Assembly: GCA_002843005.1 (NCBI GenBank)
Contig: PHEX01000004.1
Coordinates: 1-59,898, forward strand
Length of the DNA stretch: 59,898 nucleotides
Source: Candidatus Anoxymicrobium japonicum
GTDB taxonomy: Bacteria; Actinomycetota; Geothermincolia; Fen-727; Anoxymicrobiaceae
Reading direction: 5' to 3'
Position 1 is the first letter of the stretch; every line of letters begins with the position of its first letter. The notes under the pieces were generated by a model. That model searched no databases. It was not told the origin of the DNA and was given only the letters and a program-made list of their open reading frames with translations. The position numbers were made by a program, and so were the translations under genes. Shown one piece after another: positions 18,655 through 30,079 of the stretch.

Positions 18655-20208
18655 TTGTTCGCCAAGCTTTTCGGCTCAACACTCGTTGGAATGGAGTCCC
18701 ACCGTATCCAGATAGAGGTTGATATCACCAGTGGATTACCCGGCCTGGAGATAGTCGGCCTTCCAGACGCCGCTTTGAAGGAATCGCGCATCAGGGTAAA
18801 GTCGGCTGTCAAGAACTCCCAGTTTGAGTGGCCGAAAACCAGGGTTCACATAAATCTCGCCCCGGCGGACGTCAAGAAGGAAGGGCCGTCGTTCGACCTC
18901 CCGATCGCGCTTGGCATACTTCGGGCGATGGGCCAGTTGAGTCTGGCGCGGACGAGCTCGAACTTCATCGCGGTAGGTGAACTCTCGCTGGATGGCCGTG
19001 TGCGCGAGGTGAAGGGCGCTCTCTCGATTGCTATAGGCGCCAGGGAATGTGGCGCTGATTTTCTGATTGTGCCTGAAGGGAACACGCACGAGGCGGCTTT
19101 GGTCGATGGGCTCGATGTCTATGGCGTTGAGAACCTTCGGCAGGCTGTGTCTTTTCTCGAAGGCGCGCGCGCCGATCCGGTCCGCGTTAATCCCGAGGAC
19201 ATGCTCATTGAGAACGCGGATACGGTTGCCGACCTTGCCGACGTGCGCGGTCAGGCGCCGGCCCGCCGGGCGCTCGAGGTAGCCGCGGCCGGAGGTCACA
19301 ACCTGCTGATGATTGGGCCTCCCGGCTCGGGGAAAACTATGCTGGCAAGACGGCTCCCCGGCATCCTGCCGCCACTGACGCTCGAGGAAGCTCTCGAGGT
19401 GACGCGTATTCGCGGCGTCGCCGGCATGGTTTCTCCCGGTGGATCGCTTGCGGGGGCAAGGCCTTTCCGCGCCCCCCACAGCTCTATAAGCGCGGTTGGT
19501 CTGACGGGTGGAGGCGTTCCTCTGCCGAAGCCTGGCGAAGTATCACTTGCCCACTGTGGCGTGTTGTATCTGGATGAGCTTACTCTTTATCCGCGTAACG
19601 CCCTCGAGTCGTTGCGCGTTCCGCTAGAAGACAGGTGTGTCACCATCGTTCGCTCGATGATTGCGGTCGCATATCCCGCGCGCTTCAGCCTTATCGCCTC
19701 GATGAACCCGTGTCCATGCGGATACCTCGGCGATCCGCAACACGAGTGCGCTTGCTCTGTCGGGGATATTGTTCGTTACCGTTCGCGGATATCCGGACCT
19801 CTTCTTGATCGCATCGACATACAGATCGAGGTACCGCGCTTGACCCGGGCGCAACTGATGCAAAGAGAAGGAGGAGAGCCGTCGGCGGCCGTTCGCGAGC
19901 GCGTAGTTGCGGCGCGAAAAATGCAGGAAGCGCGCTACGCCGGCTCGGGAGTATATTTCAACTCCGCCATGACCAATTCGATGCTGGACGCGCACTGCCG
20001 TGCGACGAGCGAAGGCGAACGTTTTCTTGGCGTTGCGGTTGAGCGGCTTGGCCTGTCCGCGCGCTCATATCACCGGGTGCTCAAAGTGGCGCGTACAGTC
20101 GCGGATCTGGCGCGAAGCGAGCGGGTTGAAGTGGAACACCTTGCCGAGGCCGTGCAGTATCGTTGCCTCGAGAGAGACGCCCGTTTTACCGGAGCGGCTG
20201 TGCACTAA
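18655..20208 (+). CDS. comM: Mg-chelatase-like AAA+ protein ComM/YifB
   Basis: Has a Lon-protease-like N-domain, Walker A GPPGSGKTMLARRL and a C-terminal ChlI-like domain. TTG start after GGAGG. Confidence 0.9.
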   Translation: MFAKLFGSTLVGMESHRIQIEVDITSGLPGLEIVGLPDAALKESRIRVKSAVKNSQFEWPKTRVHINLAPADVKKEGPSFDLPIALGILRAMGQLSLARTSSNFIAVGELSLDGRVREVKGALSIAIGARECGADFLIVPEGNTHEAALVDGLDVYGVENLRQAVSFLEGARADPVRVNPEDMLIENADTVADLADVRGQAPARRALEVAAAGGHNLLMIGPPGSGKTMLARRLPGILPPLTLEEALEVTRIRGVAGMVSPGGSLAGARPFRAPHSSISAVGLTGGGVPLPKPGEVSLAHCGVLYLDELTLYPRNALESLRVPLEDRCVTIVRSMIAVAYPARFSLIASMNPCPCGYLGDPQHECACSVGDIVRYRSRISGPLLDRIDIQIEVPRLTRAQLMQREGGEPSAAVRERVVAARKMQEARYAGSGVYFNSAMTNSMLDAHCRATSEGERFLGVAVERLGLSARSYHRVLKVARTVADLARSERVEVEHLAEAVQYRCLERDARFTGAAVH

Positions 20209-20222
20209 GAAGGAAAGTAACC

Positions 20223-21365
20223 GTGAACGAGATTGCAGACGATTCCCGCGTTAGGGATCCAAATCCATGGCTGGCGCGGGAGAAGGCTGAATTGATAGCG
20301 TTACTGTCCCTGCCGGACGCTACGACACAGCGCGTGGGCAAGATGCTCGCGCTTTTTGGAACGCCGGCGAGCGCATGGGAGGCTCTGAGAAACGGCGCTT
20401 ATGATGGCGGTGATCCGACGATGGGCGACTGGCGAGGCGAGGCTTTGCGCGTTGAACCCGCGAAGATTGTCGATCGCCTGGCGAGTTCCGGTATCGATAT
20501 TGTGGCAAGGGGTGAACCGGGTTATCCCGCTCGGCTTGCCCAGATACACGATCCTCCTTACGCGCTTTTTTGCCGGGGCGAGCTCCCCGGCGACCGGGTT
20601 TGCGTTGCTATTGTCGGTTCGCGAAAGGCCACGCCATACGGGCTCGAGGTGGCGCGCTGGCTTGCTCGAGGATTATCCGATCAGGGTCTGTCAATTGTCA
20701 GCGGCGGCGCCTACGGCATCGATTCCGAGGCGCACGTTGGAGCTCTTGAGGCCGGCGGCCACACGTGCGCGGTTCTTGGTTGCGGGGTAGATGTCGTTTA
20801 TCCACGGAGCAACGCCGGGCTTTTCAAGAGAGTGGTCGAAAAAGGATGCCTTCTCTCGGAGTACGTTCCGGGCACGCAGCCAAGGCCGTACCAGTTTCCC
20901 GCGCGAAACCGTGTCATCGCGGGCCTTGCGCGAGCGGTCGTGATCGTCGAGGCGTCACAGAAAAGCGGCGCTCTTATCACAGCCGACTTCGCGCTATCCG
21001 AGAACAGGGAAGTGCTTGCGGTGCCTGGGCAGGTGCTGTCTCCTAACAGCTCGGGGACGCACGCTCTCATTCGCGCGGGTGCCGCGCTGGTCACGTGCCC
21101 TGAGGATGTCCTTGCTGAAATGGGAATGATCACAAACCCGCCGCCGGAGGCGTTTAGCGTAGAGAATCGCGGTGAAAGTCTTTCCCGCGACGAGAGGAAA
21201 TTGCTCGAAGCGCTTGACGGTGGACCGTGCGACATCGAAGATCTTGCCCGAAAGGCGGCGTTTACGGTACGGCTCGCGATGGTGACGCTCAGTTCGCTGG
21301 AGGTAAAGGGACTCGTGACGCGCTCGGCCGGCGCCTCTTATCAGAAATGCCGCCCCAGGGCATAA
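20223..21365 (+). CDS. dprA: DNA-processing protein DprA
   Basis: Has VSGGAYGIDSEAH, the FPARNRVIAGL Rossmann-fold motifs and a C-terminal winged helix. GTG 20223 follows AAGGAAAG. Confidence 0.85.
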   Translation: MNEIADDSRVRDPNPWLAREKAELIALLSLPDATTQRVGKMLALFGTPASAWEALRNGAYDGGDPTMGDWRGEALRVEPAKIVDRLASSGIDIVARGEPGYPARLAQIHDPPYALFCRGELPGDRVCVAIVGSRKATPYGLEVARWLARGLSDQGLSIVSGGAYGIDSEAHVGALEAGGHTCAVLGCGVDVVYPRSNAGLFKRVVEKGCLLSEYVPGTQPRPYQFPARNRVIAGLARAVVIVEASQKSGALITADFALSENREVLAVPGQVLSPNSSGTHALIRAGAALVTCPEDVLAEMGMITNPPPEAFSVENRGESLSRDERKLLEALDGGPCDIEDLARKAAFTVRLAMVTLSSLEVKGLVTRSAGASYQKCRPRA

Positions 21366-21475
21366 TGGGGTCAAACCAAAAGGCATAATGGGGTCAAACC
21401 AAAATATGCGTTTTTGCGGGCGCTTTCATCATTTATCTGTTACAAAACGCATATTTTGGTTTGACCCCATTATGC
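21360..21475. repeat. MITE-like element, family C copy 1, with ~35-nt terminal inverted repeats and a partial duplication of the left arm
   Basis: GCATAATGGGGTCAAACCAAAA is duplicated, then ...TATGCGTTTT...AAAACGCATATTTTGGTTTGACCCCATTATGC follows. The dprA TAA (21363-21365) lies in the first bases of the element. Confidence 0.8.
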
Positions 21476-21522
21476 CTTTTTGCCGTTTGGCAGACAGGCG
21501 CCCACAACCCAAACAACAATAA

Positions 21523-21558
21523 TTGACAACGTTATAAACAACTGCTATATAATATAAT
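21523..21558 (+). promoter_or_regulatory. Near-consensus sigma-70-type promoter in an AT-rich island upstream of xerC
   Basis: TTGACA (21523-21528), a 17-nt spacer, then TATATA (21546-21551). Overlapping TATAAT hexamers lie at 21548-21553 and 21553-21558. Confidence 0.45.
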
Positions 21559-21662
21559 CTAGCAACAAACAGTGAACCCGTTTGTGTGCTGGCTTCTGTC
21601 ATTTCAAGGAGATATCCGCGGATCATGGTATATATCTCAATGATGCAAATTACTGAGGCGAG

Positions 21663-22589
21663 ATGATAGCTATCGAACATGATCAGCAAAGTGATGTACG
21701 TAAAAATATTGAAGCTTTTCTTGAGCAGCTCAAGACGGGCAGAAACCTGTCACCTAACACAATTGCCGCATACAGGAAGGATCTTGCGCGCCTCGAGGAG
21801 TTTCTCGATCGCGCGGGCGTTTCTGATCTGTCCACTGTCAATCACAGATTGCTGCGGAGTTTTCTGGCCAACCAGCAGTCCAGGGGTTACGCGCGATCGA
21901 CCGTCGCGCGGAGGTGCGCGTGTGCCAGGGCTTTCTTTCATTTTTTGGCGGAGTCCGGCGCGCTTGCCTCTGATCCCGCGACAACGCTGTCGTTCCAGGT
22001 CAAAGGTCATCGGCTTCCACATTATCTGACGGAGGCAGAGACAGAGGCGCTCTTCGATGCTCCCGCTTGCGACACCGAACTTACTCGCCGGGATCGCGCG
22101 ATAATCGAAGTGCTCTACGCGACTGGAATCAGGGTAGGTGAACTCTGCGGCTTGAAGCTCTCGGACATCAATCTCGATGCTGGTATGATACGTGTTGTGG
22201 GCAAGGGCGACAAGGAGAGAGTCGCCCTGGCGGGCGAACCGGCGATGCGCGCCCTGTTGATCTACATAACAGAAGAGCGTGGAGAGCTTGTTGCGAGGTC
22301 GGGGTACGGTGGGGAAGCCGTGTTCCTGGGCAAGCGAGGAGCGCCTATCGACCAGCGCCAGGTGAGAAGGATCGTACATCGCGAGGTAACGGGCCTGGCC
22401 GCGGGAGAGAGTGTGAGCCCGCACACGTTCAGGCATACGTTCGCTACGCATTTGTTGTCCCATGGGGCCGATCTGCGCTCTGTCCAGGAGTTGCTCGGGC
22501 ACAGAAACGTTGCTACCACGCAGATTTACACGCACCTGACAAAAGCGGAGATCAGGAAAGCATATGAGAAGAGTCACCCGCGCGCATGA
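21663..22589 (+). CDS. xerC: Tyrosine recombinase XerC/XerD family
   Basis: N-terminal SAM-like domain (LSPNTIAAYRKDLARL). Catalytic residues in ATGIRVGEL, HTFRHTFATHLL and LGHRNVATTQIYTH. Confidence 0.85.
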   Translation: MIAIEHDQQSDVRKNIEAFLEQLKTGRNLSPNTIAAYRKDLARLEEFLDRAGVSDLSTVNHRLLRSFLANQQSRGYARSTVARRCACARAFFHFLAESGALASDPATTLSFQVKGHRLPHYLTEAETEALFDAPACDTELTRRDRAIIEVLYATGIRVGELCGLKLSDINLDAGMIRVVGKGDKERVALAGEPAMRALLIYITEERGELVARSGYGGEAVFLGKRGAPIDQRQVRRIVHREVTGLAAGESVSPHTFRHTFATHLLSHGADLRSVQELLGHRNVATTQIYTHLTKAEIRKAYEKSHPRA

Positions 22590-23446
22590 CAGGCGCCTGT
22601 AGCATGGCACGACCAACCGGCGCCGCGAAACCCAGGAGTTCGGCTCGCAAATCAGCGAGCGTGGACAAGGCCGAGGAAGAGACGGCACAACTTTGGGTCG
22701 AGTACAAAGATCTTCACTCAGCCGACGCTCGCGAGCGGTTGATACTTCATTATTCACCGTTGGTCAAGTATGTCGCGGGCCGTGTCTTCTCCGGCCTCCC
22801 GTCTTCAATAGAGTTTAGCGATCTGGTGTCTTACGGCGTATTCGGGTTGTTGGATGCTATTGAGAAGTATGACCTGGGGCGTGGCATCAAATTCGAGACC
22901 TATGCTATAGCGCGGATCAAAGGCGCCATAATCGACGAACTCCGCGCGGATGATTGGGTGCCGCGCTCGGTGCGTCTCAAGGCGCGTGAGATTGAGAAAG
23001 CGTATGTGTCGCTCGAGAGCAAACTGCGGCGCGAACCGACCGACGAGGAAGTCGCAGGGGAACTTTGTATCGAACTCGACGAATACCTGAATCTTCTGGG
23101 CAATCTTACTCCCATCTCGATCGTAGCGCTCGATGAGCTCTGGACGGTTACGGGCGATCGTCCAGACAGGATCAGTTTCGCTGAAACTATTGAGGACGTA
23201 AAGGTGAAGGATCCGTCCAAGACCTTTGAGGTCGAGGAGATAAAGGACATGATCGCGTCGGCGATCAATCATCTGCCGGAGAGGGAGCGCACGGTTGTGA
23301 GCCTTTACTACTTCGAGGGTCTGACGATGAGAGAAATCGGAGAGGTCCTGTCCGTCACGGAATCGCGTGTCTGTCAGATACACACAAAGGCGATTCTTCG
23401 CCTGCGCGCCAGGCTCGGCAATGCGCTGGGCATCGATTACGCGTAG
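22586..23446 (+). CDS. FliA/WhiG-family (group 3) RNA polymerase sigma factor
   Basis: Region 2 is DLVSYGVFGLLDAIEKYD. Region 3 is present. The region 4.2 HTH is LTMREIGEVLSVTESRVCQIHTKAI. Confidence 0.85.
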   Translation: MTGACSMARPTGAAKPRSSARKSASVDKAEEETAQLWVEYKDLHSADARERLILHYSPLVKYVAGRVFSGLPSSIEFSDLVSYGVFGLLDAIEKYDLGRGIKFETYAIARIKGAIIDELRADDWVPRSVRLKAREIEKAYVSLESKLRREPTDEEVAGELCIELDEYLNLLGNLTPISIVALDELWTVTGDRPDRISFAETIEDVKVKDPSKTFEVEEIKDMIASAINHLPERERTVVSLYYFEGLTMREIGEVLSVTESRVCQIHTKAILRLRARLGNALGIDYA

Positions 23447-23509
23447 GGTCAGGTCCGAAAATGCAACTATTGAGACCTGACCCTAAATGCAACTATCCAG
23501 ACCTGCCCC
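23446..23509. repeat. Family D repeat: GGGTCAGGTC/GACCTGACCC hairpin plus two direct AAATGCAACTAT-N2-AGACCTG units
   Basis: Sequence is GGGTCAGGTCCGAAAATGCAACTATTGAGACCTGACCCTAAATGCAACTATCCAGACCTGCCCC. It starts 1 nt into the sigma-factor TAG stop. Confidence 0.75.
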
Positions 23510-23644
23510 TCTCTGATACACTTATCAGGATTTGCCTGCTGTAGCAGGTAAAAATACACACCTCGCACGACTTCGCCGTGGGTGCCTTCGGGTTAGCGGT
23601 GGGGAATGAATGCGGGGGAGGAAAAATCAAATTGGAGGTAGAGA

Positions 23645-24586
23645 ATGACTCAGCCTGTAGTCACGATGAAGGAGCTCCTTGAAGCGGGAGTTCACTTCGG
23701 GCACCAGCGTCGCCGGTGGAATCCCAAGATGAAGCAATACATCTTCACCGAGCGGAACGACATCTATGTCATTGACTTGCAGAAGACACTTGTCATGACA
23801 GGGACGGCCTATAACGCTATACGGAACGCTGTCGCGGATGGCGGCAACGTGCTCTTCGTGGGAACCAAGAAGCAGGCGCAGGAGGCGGTTGAGGAACACG
23901 CGACACGGTGTGCAATGCCTTTTGTTACCCAGCGCTGGCTCGGTGGCACGCTCACGAACTTCTCGACAATCCACTCGCGAATCATGCACATGGACGAGTT
24001 GGAGCGTCGTGATCGCGATGGCGAGCTCGAGCTAATTCCCAAGAAAGAGGCGCTCCAGATACGTCGCCAGATAGACAAGCTACGCCGCAACCTCGAGGGG
24101 ATCCGGAACATGCACGCGTTACCCTCCATGATCTTCGTTATCGATCCGCACAAGGAGAGAATCGCGGTCGCCGAGGGCCGCAAACTCGGGATACCGATAG
24201 TCGGACTTGTTGACACCAACTGCGATCCCGAAGAGGTTGATCTGGTCATTCCAGGCAACGACGACGCTATCCGCGCGATTGGCCTGCTTTGCAGGGTAGT
24301 GGCGGATGGTGTTATCGATGGCATGGGCGCGCGCGACGCGCGTCTGGCCGATGAGATCGCACAGCAGGCTGATATCGCCCGCGAGAAGTGCGAGAGAGCT
24401 CCGGTTAGAGTTGGAGGGGCCGTGCCGGCATATAGCGCCTCGCCGGATGACATAAGCGGGCCTGCGATAACGCCCGGATTCCCGGGAGATGTCAAGAAAG
24501 AACTTACGGTAGATGCCGTCGAAGAGCCGGTCGTGCTCGATCCAGAAGGCGTTTCTCTCGCCGAGCAAACACCTGACGGCGGGTAG
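23645..24586 (+). CDS. rpsB: 30S ribosomal protein S2 with a C-terminal extension
   Basis: Contains [19 protein letters not shown] and [33 protein letters not shown]. Confidence 0.95.
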   Translation: MTQPVVTMKELLEAGVHFGHQRRRWNPKMKQYIFTERNDIYVIDLQKTLVMTGTAYNAIRNAVADGGNVLFVGTKKQAQEAVEEHATRCAMPFVTQRWLGGTLTNFSTIHSRIMHMDELERRDRDGELELIPKKEALQIRRQIDKLRRNLEGIRNMHALPSMIFVIDPHKERIAVAEGRKLGIPIVGLVDTNCDPEEVDLVIPGNDDAIRAIGLLCRVVADGVIDGMGARDARLADEIAQQADIAREKCERAPVRVGGAVPAYSASPDDISGPAITPGFPGDVKKELTVDAVEEPVVLDPEGVSLAEQTPDGG

Positions 24587-24620
24587 TTTTTAAAAGTCAA
24601 AAAAGAGCAGGAGATAAACG

Positions 24621-26597
<1,977 letters not shown>

Positions 26598-26601
26598 TTC
26601 A

Positions 26602-26723
26602 GGGGTCTGGCAACGTCTACCGCTCCGTCTACCGCAACCAGTGGTCAGGCACCGTCTACCGCTAAAGCGGTAGACGTTGCCAGACCCCCCTACGCAGTAA
26701 AAGTAGACGGTGCCTGACCCCTG
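26602..26723. repeat. Family A mosaic repeat (L', L/rc-L' hairpin, linker, rc-L)
   Basis: GGGGTCTGGCAACGTCTACC at 26602. Hairpin at 26643-26688 with a TAAA loop. CTACGCAGTAAAAGTAGACGGTGCCTGACCCC follows. Confidence 0.9.
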
Positions 26724-26745
26724 GCGTAGGCGCAAAGGGAGAAAA

Positions 26746-27636
26746 ATGAAGAGAACGCGAGCGCGAAGAAGATCGATCGAAGACGGCTTCTCTCACAGGA
26801 TTGTTGGCGCGTTGCTTTTCGGCGTTGTTTTTCTTGGAGCGCTGGTGTGGGGCGCCGTGCCGTTCACTTTCGTGGTGGCGGCGGCAGCGGTCATAGGATC
26901 GGTCGAGCTTTTCAGCATGTTCGAGTCGAAAGGCCAGGCGACGCCTACGGCGGCTGTGCTGGGCATAGGAGGCTCGATCGCTTATGTGCTGCTGGCGCAT
27001 TACAAGCCTGTAGAGAGCTTCGGCTACGTTACGATCAGTCTTATATTCTTGAGTTTCATATGGTACGTGTTCGTGCTGCGCCACGTGAAACCGACCAAGG
27101 CAGTAGCGCTTACGGTGTTTGCGCCCCTCCTTTCGGGTTTTTGCCTGAGCTACCTTGTTCTCATAAGGGACTTCGCCTGCAAGCACGCGGCGCACCCCAA
27201 CAGAGGCTGGTGGATACTTCTGTTCATGATCGCGCTCATCTGGGTTTACGATATCTGCGCGTGGGCCGTCGGCCGCAAGATCGGATATCACAAGATGGTG
27301 CCGGACATCAGCCCGAAGAAGAGCTGGGAGGGAACTATTGCCGGCGCAATCGGCGTGATGGCGGCGTCGGTGCTGTTCAGGTTCATTATTACGGTTATCG
27401 TTGGAAACAAGGAGTTTGTCTGGTTCTCGTACGGTGTCGCACTGGCAATCGGGGCGCTGGTGGTGATACTGGGGCCACTAGGAGACATCGCGGAGTCGCT
27501 CATGAAGCGCGATTACGGAGTCAAAGACATGGGCGCTGTCATCCCCGGCCACGGGGGTATCATGGATCGGTTCGACTCGACTATATTCACGGCGCCGGCC
27601 GTTTTCTACTTCCTTTTCTACTTCGTTATCAAATAG
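26746..27636 (+). CDS. cdsA: Phosphatidate cytidylyltransferase (CDP-diglyceride synthase)
   Basis: Has the signature SLMKRDYGVKDMGAVIPGHGGIMDRFDS and multiple TM helices. ATG 26746 is preferred because the 26710 start lies inside the repeat. Confidence 0.85.
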   Translation: MKRTRARRRSIEDGFSHRIVGALLFGVVFLGALVWGAVPFTFVVAAAAVIGSVELFSMFESKGQATPTAAVLGIGGSIAYVLLAHYKPVESFGYVTISLIFLSFIWYVFVLRHVKPTKAVALTVFAPLLSGFCLSYLVLIRDFACKHAAHPNRGWWILLFMIALIWVYDICAWAVGRKIGYHKMVPDISPKKSWEGTIAGAIGVMAASVLFRFIITVIVGNKEFVWFSYGVALAIGALVVILGPLGDIAESLMKRDYGVKDMGAVIPGHGGIMDRFDSTIFTAPAVFYFLFYFVIK

Positions 27637-27654
27637 CAATGACACGGTGGTAAC

Positions 27655-28821
27655 TTGAAAACAGTCGCTATCCTCGGTTCAACAGGGTCTATCGGCACAC
27701 AGGCGGTTGAAGTCGCGCGGCGACTTCACGGCACTATCACGGTCACCGCTCTGGCTGCCCATTCCAACGGCGAGCTCATGGCTGAACAGGCGCGCGTCCT
27801 CGGCGCGCGGCGCGCGGCGCTTTCCTCCCCGGACGCCGCAACCAGATTCGCGGGCGTTTTTCGCGAGATAGGTGTTGAGCTGCTCGCGGGGCCTCAAGGA
27901 GTGGTGGAGCTGGTCGAGTCAGGGAAGCACGACCTGGTGTTGAACTCGATCGTGGGCTCGGCGGGACTCGCGCCCACGCTGGCCGTCCTCGACAAAGGCA
28001 CGACACTCGCGCTTGCCAACAAGGAGAGCCTGGTAGCCGGAGGCGCGCTTGTGCTCGACGCCGCGCGGGCGTCAGGCGCGAGAATAATACCGGTTGACAG
28101 CGAACATTCGGCGATATTTCAGTGCCTGCAAGGTGAGGATCGCGAGGGGGTTCGGCATATCGTGCTGACAGCCTCGGGAGGGCCTTTTCGCGCCAGATCT
28201 TCGGGTTCGCTCGATGAGGTGACGCCTGAGGAGGCGCTGGTTCACCCTACGTGGAACATGGGCCCGAAGGTGACAATTGACTCCGCGACGCTCATGAACA
28301 AGGGGCTCGAGGTTCTCGAGGCGCACCATCTCTTCAAAATCGCGCTGGAAGATATTGACGTGCTGATTCACCCGCAGAGCGTCATCCACTCGATGGTTGA
28401 GATGGTTGACGGCTCAGTGCTGGCGCACATGGGCGTGCCCGATATGCGGATACCGGTACAGTACGCGTTTACATATCCCATGAGGGCGCCGTCGCCGGCG
28501 GACTTCCTTTCTCTCACGGAGTATGGGAATCTGTCATTTGAGAAAGTTGACACAGTTCGTTTTCCGTTGCTGCGTCTCGCTTATGACGCGGGGAAGAGTG
28601 GTGGAACTTACCCCGCGGCTATGAACGCCGCAAACGAAGAGGCGGTCGCGGCGTTTCTCTCGCGGCGTATTGGTTTTAAGGGAATCGCGTGTGTGGTTGG
28701 CGACGCGCTTGAGCGGCATGAGCCGCTCGAGGGTAAGACGCTCGATGAGATAGAAGACGCTGAAGCGCGCTCGAGGCGGCTTGCGCTGGATGTAATTAAG
28801 GAATTGGAGAACAAGGTTTGA
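27655..28821 (+). CDS. dxr: 1-deoxy-D-xylulose-5-phosphate reductoisomerase
   Basis: Contains ILGSTGSIGTQ, LANKESLV, VDSEHSAIFQC and HPTWNMG. Confidence 0.95.
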   Translation: MKTVAILGSTGSIGTQAVEVARRLHGTITVTALAAHSNGELMAEQARVLGARRAALSSPDAATRFAGVFREIGVELLAGPQGVVELVESGKHDLVLNSIVGSAGLAPTLAVLDKGTTLALANKESLVAGGALVLDAARASGARIIPVDSEHSAIFQCLQGEDREGVRHIVLTASGGPFRARSSGSLDEVTPEEALVHPTWNMGPKVTIDSATLMNKGLEVLEAHHLFKIALEDIDVLIHPQSVIHSMVEMVDGSVLAHMGVPDMRIPVQYAFTYPMRAPSPADFLSLTEYGNLSFEKVDTVRFPLLRLAYDAGKSGGTYPAAMNAANEEAVAAFLSRRIGFKGIACVVGDALERHEPLEGKTLDEIEDAEARSRRLALDVIKELENKV

Positions 28822-29933
28822 TGGTTTTCTGGGCAATAGTCGCTGTTTTTTTCATAGCGTTCATGATATTGACACACGAACTGGGGCACTACTTTGCCGC
28901 GAAAGCCGTGGGGATCAAGGTTCAGCAGTTTTCTATCGGCTTTGGCCCGGAGATCGCTGGGTTTGACCGTGGCGAGACGCGCTACTCCCTCAAGTGGTTT
29001 CTGGCGGGGGGCTCCGTGAAAATACTCGGGATGAACCCGGACGAGGAGATTCCGCCCGAGGATCTTCCCCGCTCTTACTACAAAGCCCCGGCGTGGAAGC
29101 GCGCGATAGTGATTGTAGCGGGTTCGTTTGTGCATACACTCATCGCGTTTTTGCTTTTTTTCCTTCTCTTCTGGCCCATCGGCTATACCGTGTTGACGGG
29201 AAAGATCGAAGAGGTTCAGAAGACGGTCGAGGTACGCGCCGGTCAAAAGACGCCTGGCCCTGGTTATATTGCGGGCTTGCGCAAGGGAGATCTCATTAAG
29301 TCGGTTGACGGGCATGCGGCGCGCGACTGGTCCGATATGGTAAATCTAATCTCAGAGCGGCCCGGAAAACATGTTGTGCTGCAATACGAGCGCCTCGCGG
29401 AGAAGCGAACGGCTGTCGCAACGCTTCTGAATGTGAATGGCAGGGGCATTCTCGGGGTACGCGCGGATACCGCGAGTACCGCCGTCCGAAAGTCGAACCC
29501 GATTGCCGCTATAGGACAGGCCTCAAAAACGATCGGCCAGGTGGCGGTCGCGCTCGTCAAGGGGCTTTGTTCGCTGTTCTCCGCAAAAACCGCGAAGATG
29601 CTGGTCGGCGTTGTTCCGAGGAGCCAGGATGGCCCCAGGAGCGTTGTCGGCGCCACGCAGCTCACGTTCCAGGCGGCGGGGCAGGGGGCATCTGTCTTTA
29701 TCTACATAATTGCTCAACTGTTTTTGTTTCTGGCGATATTCAATCTTGCGCCGTTGCCACCGTTTGACGGCGGCCACCTGATGGTGATCGTGATTGAAAA
29801 ACTTTTGAAAAAGAAAATTGATGTGCGCAAGATCGTTCCTGTCGCCTGGGCTGTTATCGTCGTTTTATCGCTGATCGCTCTGCGGCTTGCGCTTCTGGAC
29901 ATCTTCAATCCGTTGCGCAACCCGTTCAAGTAA
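28818..29933 (+). CDS. rseP: Site-2 (M50) zinc metalloprotease RseP/Rip
   Basis: Has HELGH in TM1, a PDZ-like insert (GLRKGDLIKSVDG) and NLAPLPPFDGG. Confidence 0.85.
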   Translation: MMVFWAIVAVFFIAFMILTHELGHYFAAKAVGIKVQQFSIGFGPEIAGFDRGETRYSLKWFLAGGSVKILGMNPDEEIPPEDLPRSYYKAPAWKRAIVIVAGSFVHTLIAFLLFFLLFWPIGYTVLTGKIEEVQKTVEVRAGQKTPGPGYIAGLRKGDLIKSVDGHAARDWSDMVNLISERPGKHVVLQYERLAEKRTAVATLLNVNGRGILGVRADTASTAVRKSNPIAAIGQASKTIGQVAVALVKGLCSLFSAKTAKMLVGVVPRSQDGPRSVVGATQLTFQAAGQGASVFIYIIAQLFLFLAIFNLAPLPPFDGGHLMVIVIEKLLKKKIDVRKIVPVAWAVIVVLSLIALRLALLDIFNPLRNPFK

Positions 29934-29960
29934 TTAGAAGGTGACGTCACTGTCTGTGCC

Positions 29961-30063
29961 AGTAGAGGTAGACGGTGCCTGACCCCAGGTGTTGCGTTGG
30001 GGCCTGACCACAGTGTTGCGCGACGCGCAGCGGTAGACGGAAAGGTAGACGGTGCCTGACCCC
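29961..30063. repeat. Family A mosaic repeat with an embedded GCAACAC...GGTCAGGCCCC hairpin (family E-like)
   Basis: Sequence is AGTAGAGGTAGACGGTGCCTGACCCC, then AGGTGTTGCGTTGGGGCCTGACCACAGTGTTGCG, then GCGGTAGACGGAAAGGTAGACGGTGCCTGACCCC. Confidence 0.85.
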
Positions 30064-30079
30064 AATTAATGGAGGGCGG

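Noticed and set aside
18655-21365. comM-dprA as part of a competence or defence island
   Set aside because: Both genes are near-universal housekeeping genes at this syntenic position in Actinomycetota. No pilus, com or defence genes accompany them.
21360-21475. Family C arms (CGCATAAT...ATTATGCG) as a dif / XerCD recombination site next to xerC
   Set aside because: Only the CGCATAA half resembles a XerC arm. There is no 6-8 bp central region followed by a XerD-type arm at the right spacing. An identical element also lies at 54467, far from xerC.
21429-21689. 86-aa minus-strand ORF upstream of xerC
   Set aside because: It is composed of the AT-rich spacer plus the family C repeat. Its C-terminus ([14 protein letters not shown]) is the same repeat-encoded peptide seen fused to hisS, so it is an artefact of the element.
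21663-22589. Tyrosine recombinase as a phage or ICE integrase marking a mobile island
   Set aside because: No phage, conjugation or cargo genes flank it. It sits in the conserved dprA-xerC-rpsB housekeeping position and has the XerC/D-type N-terminal domain.
26847-27653. 268-aa alternative-frame ORF inside cdsA, and similar ones at 39881-40405 in pdxS and 34717-35295
   Set aside because: They are out of frame with genes carrying diagnostic motifs, and their Arg/Gly-rich compositions are typical of off-frame high-GC translation.
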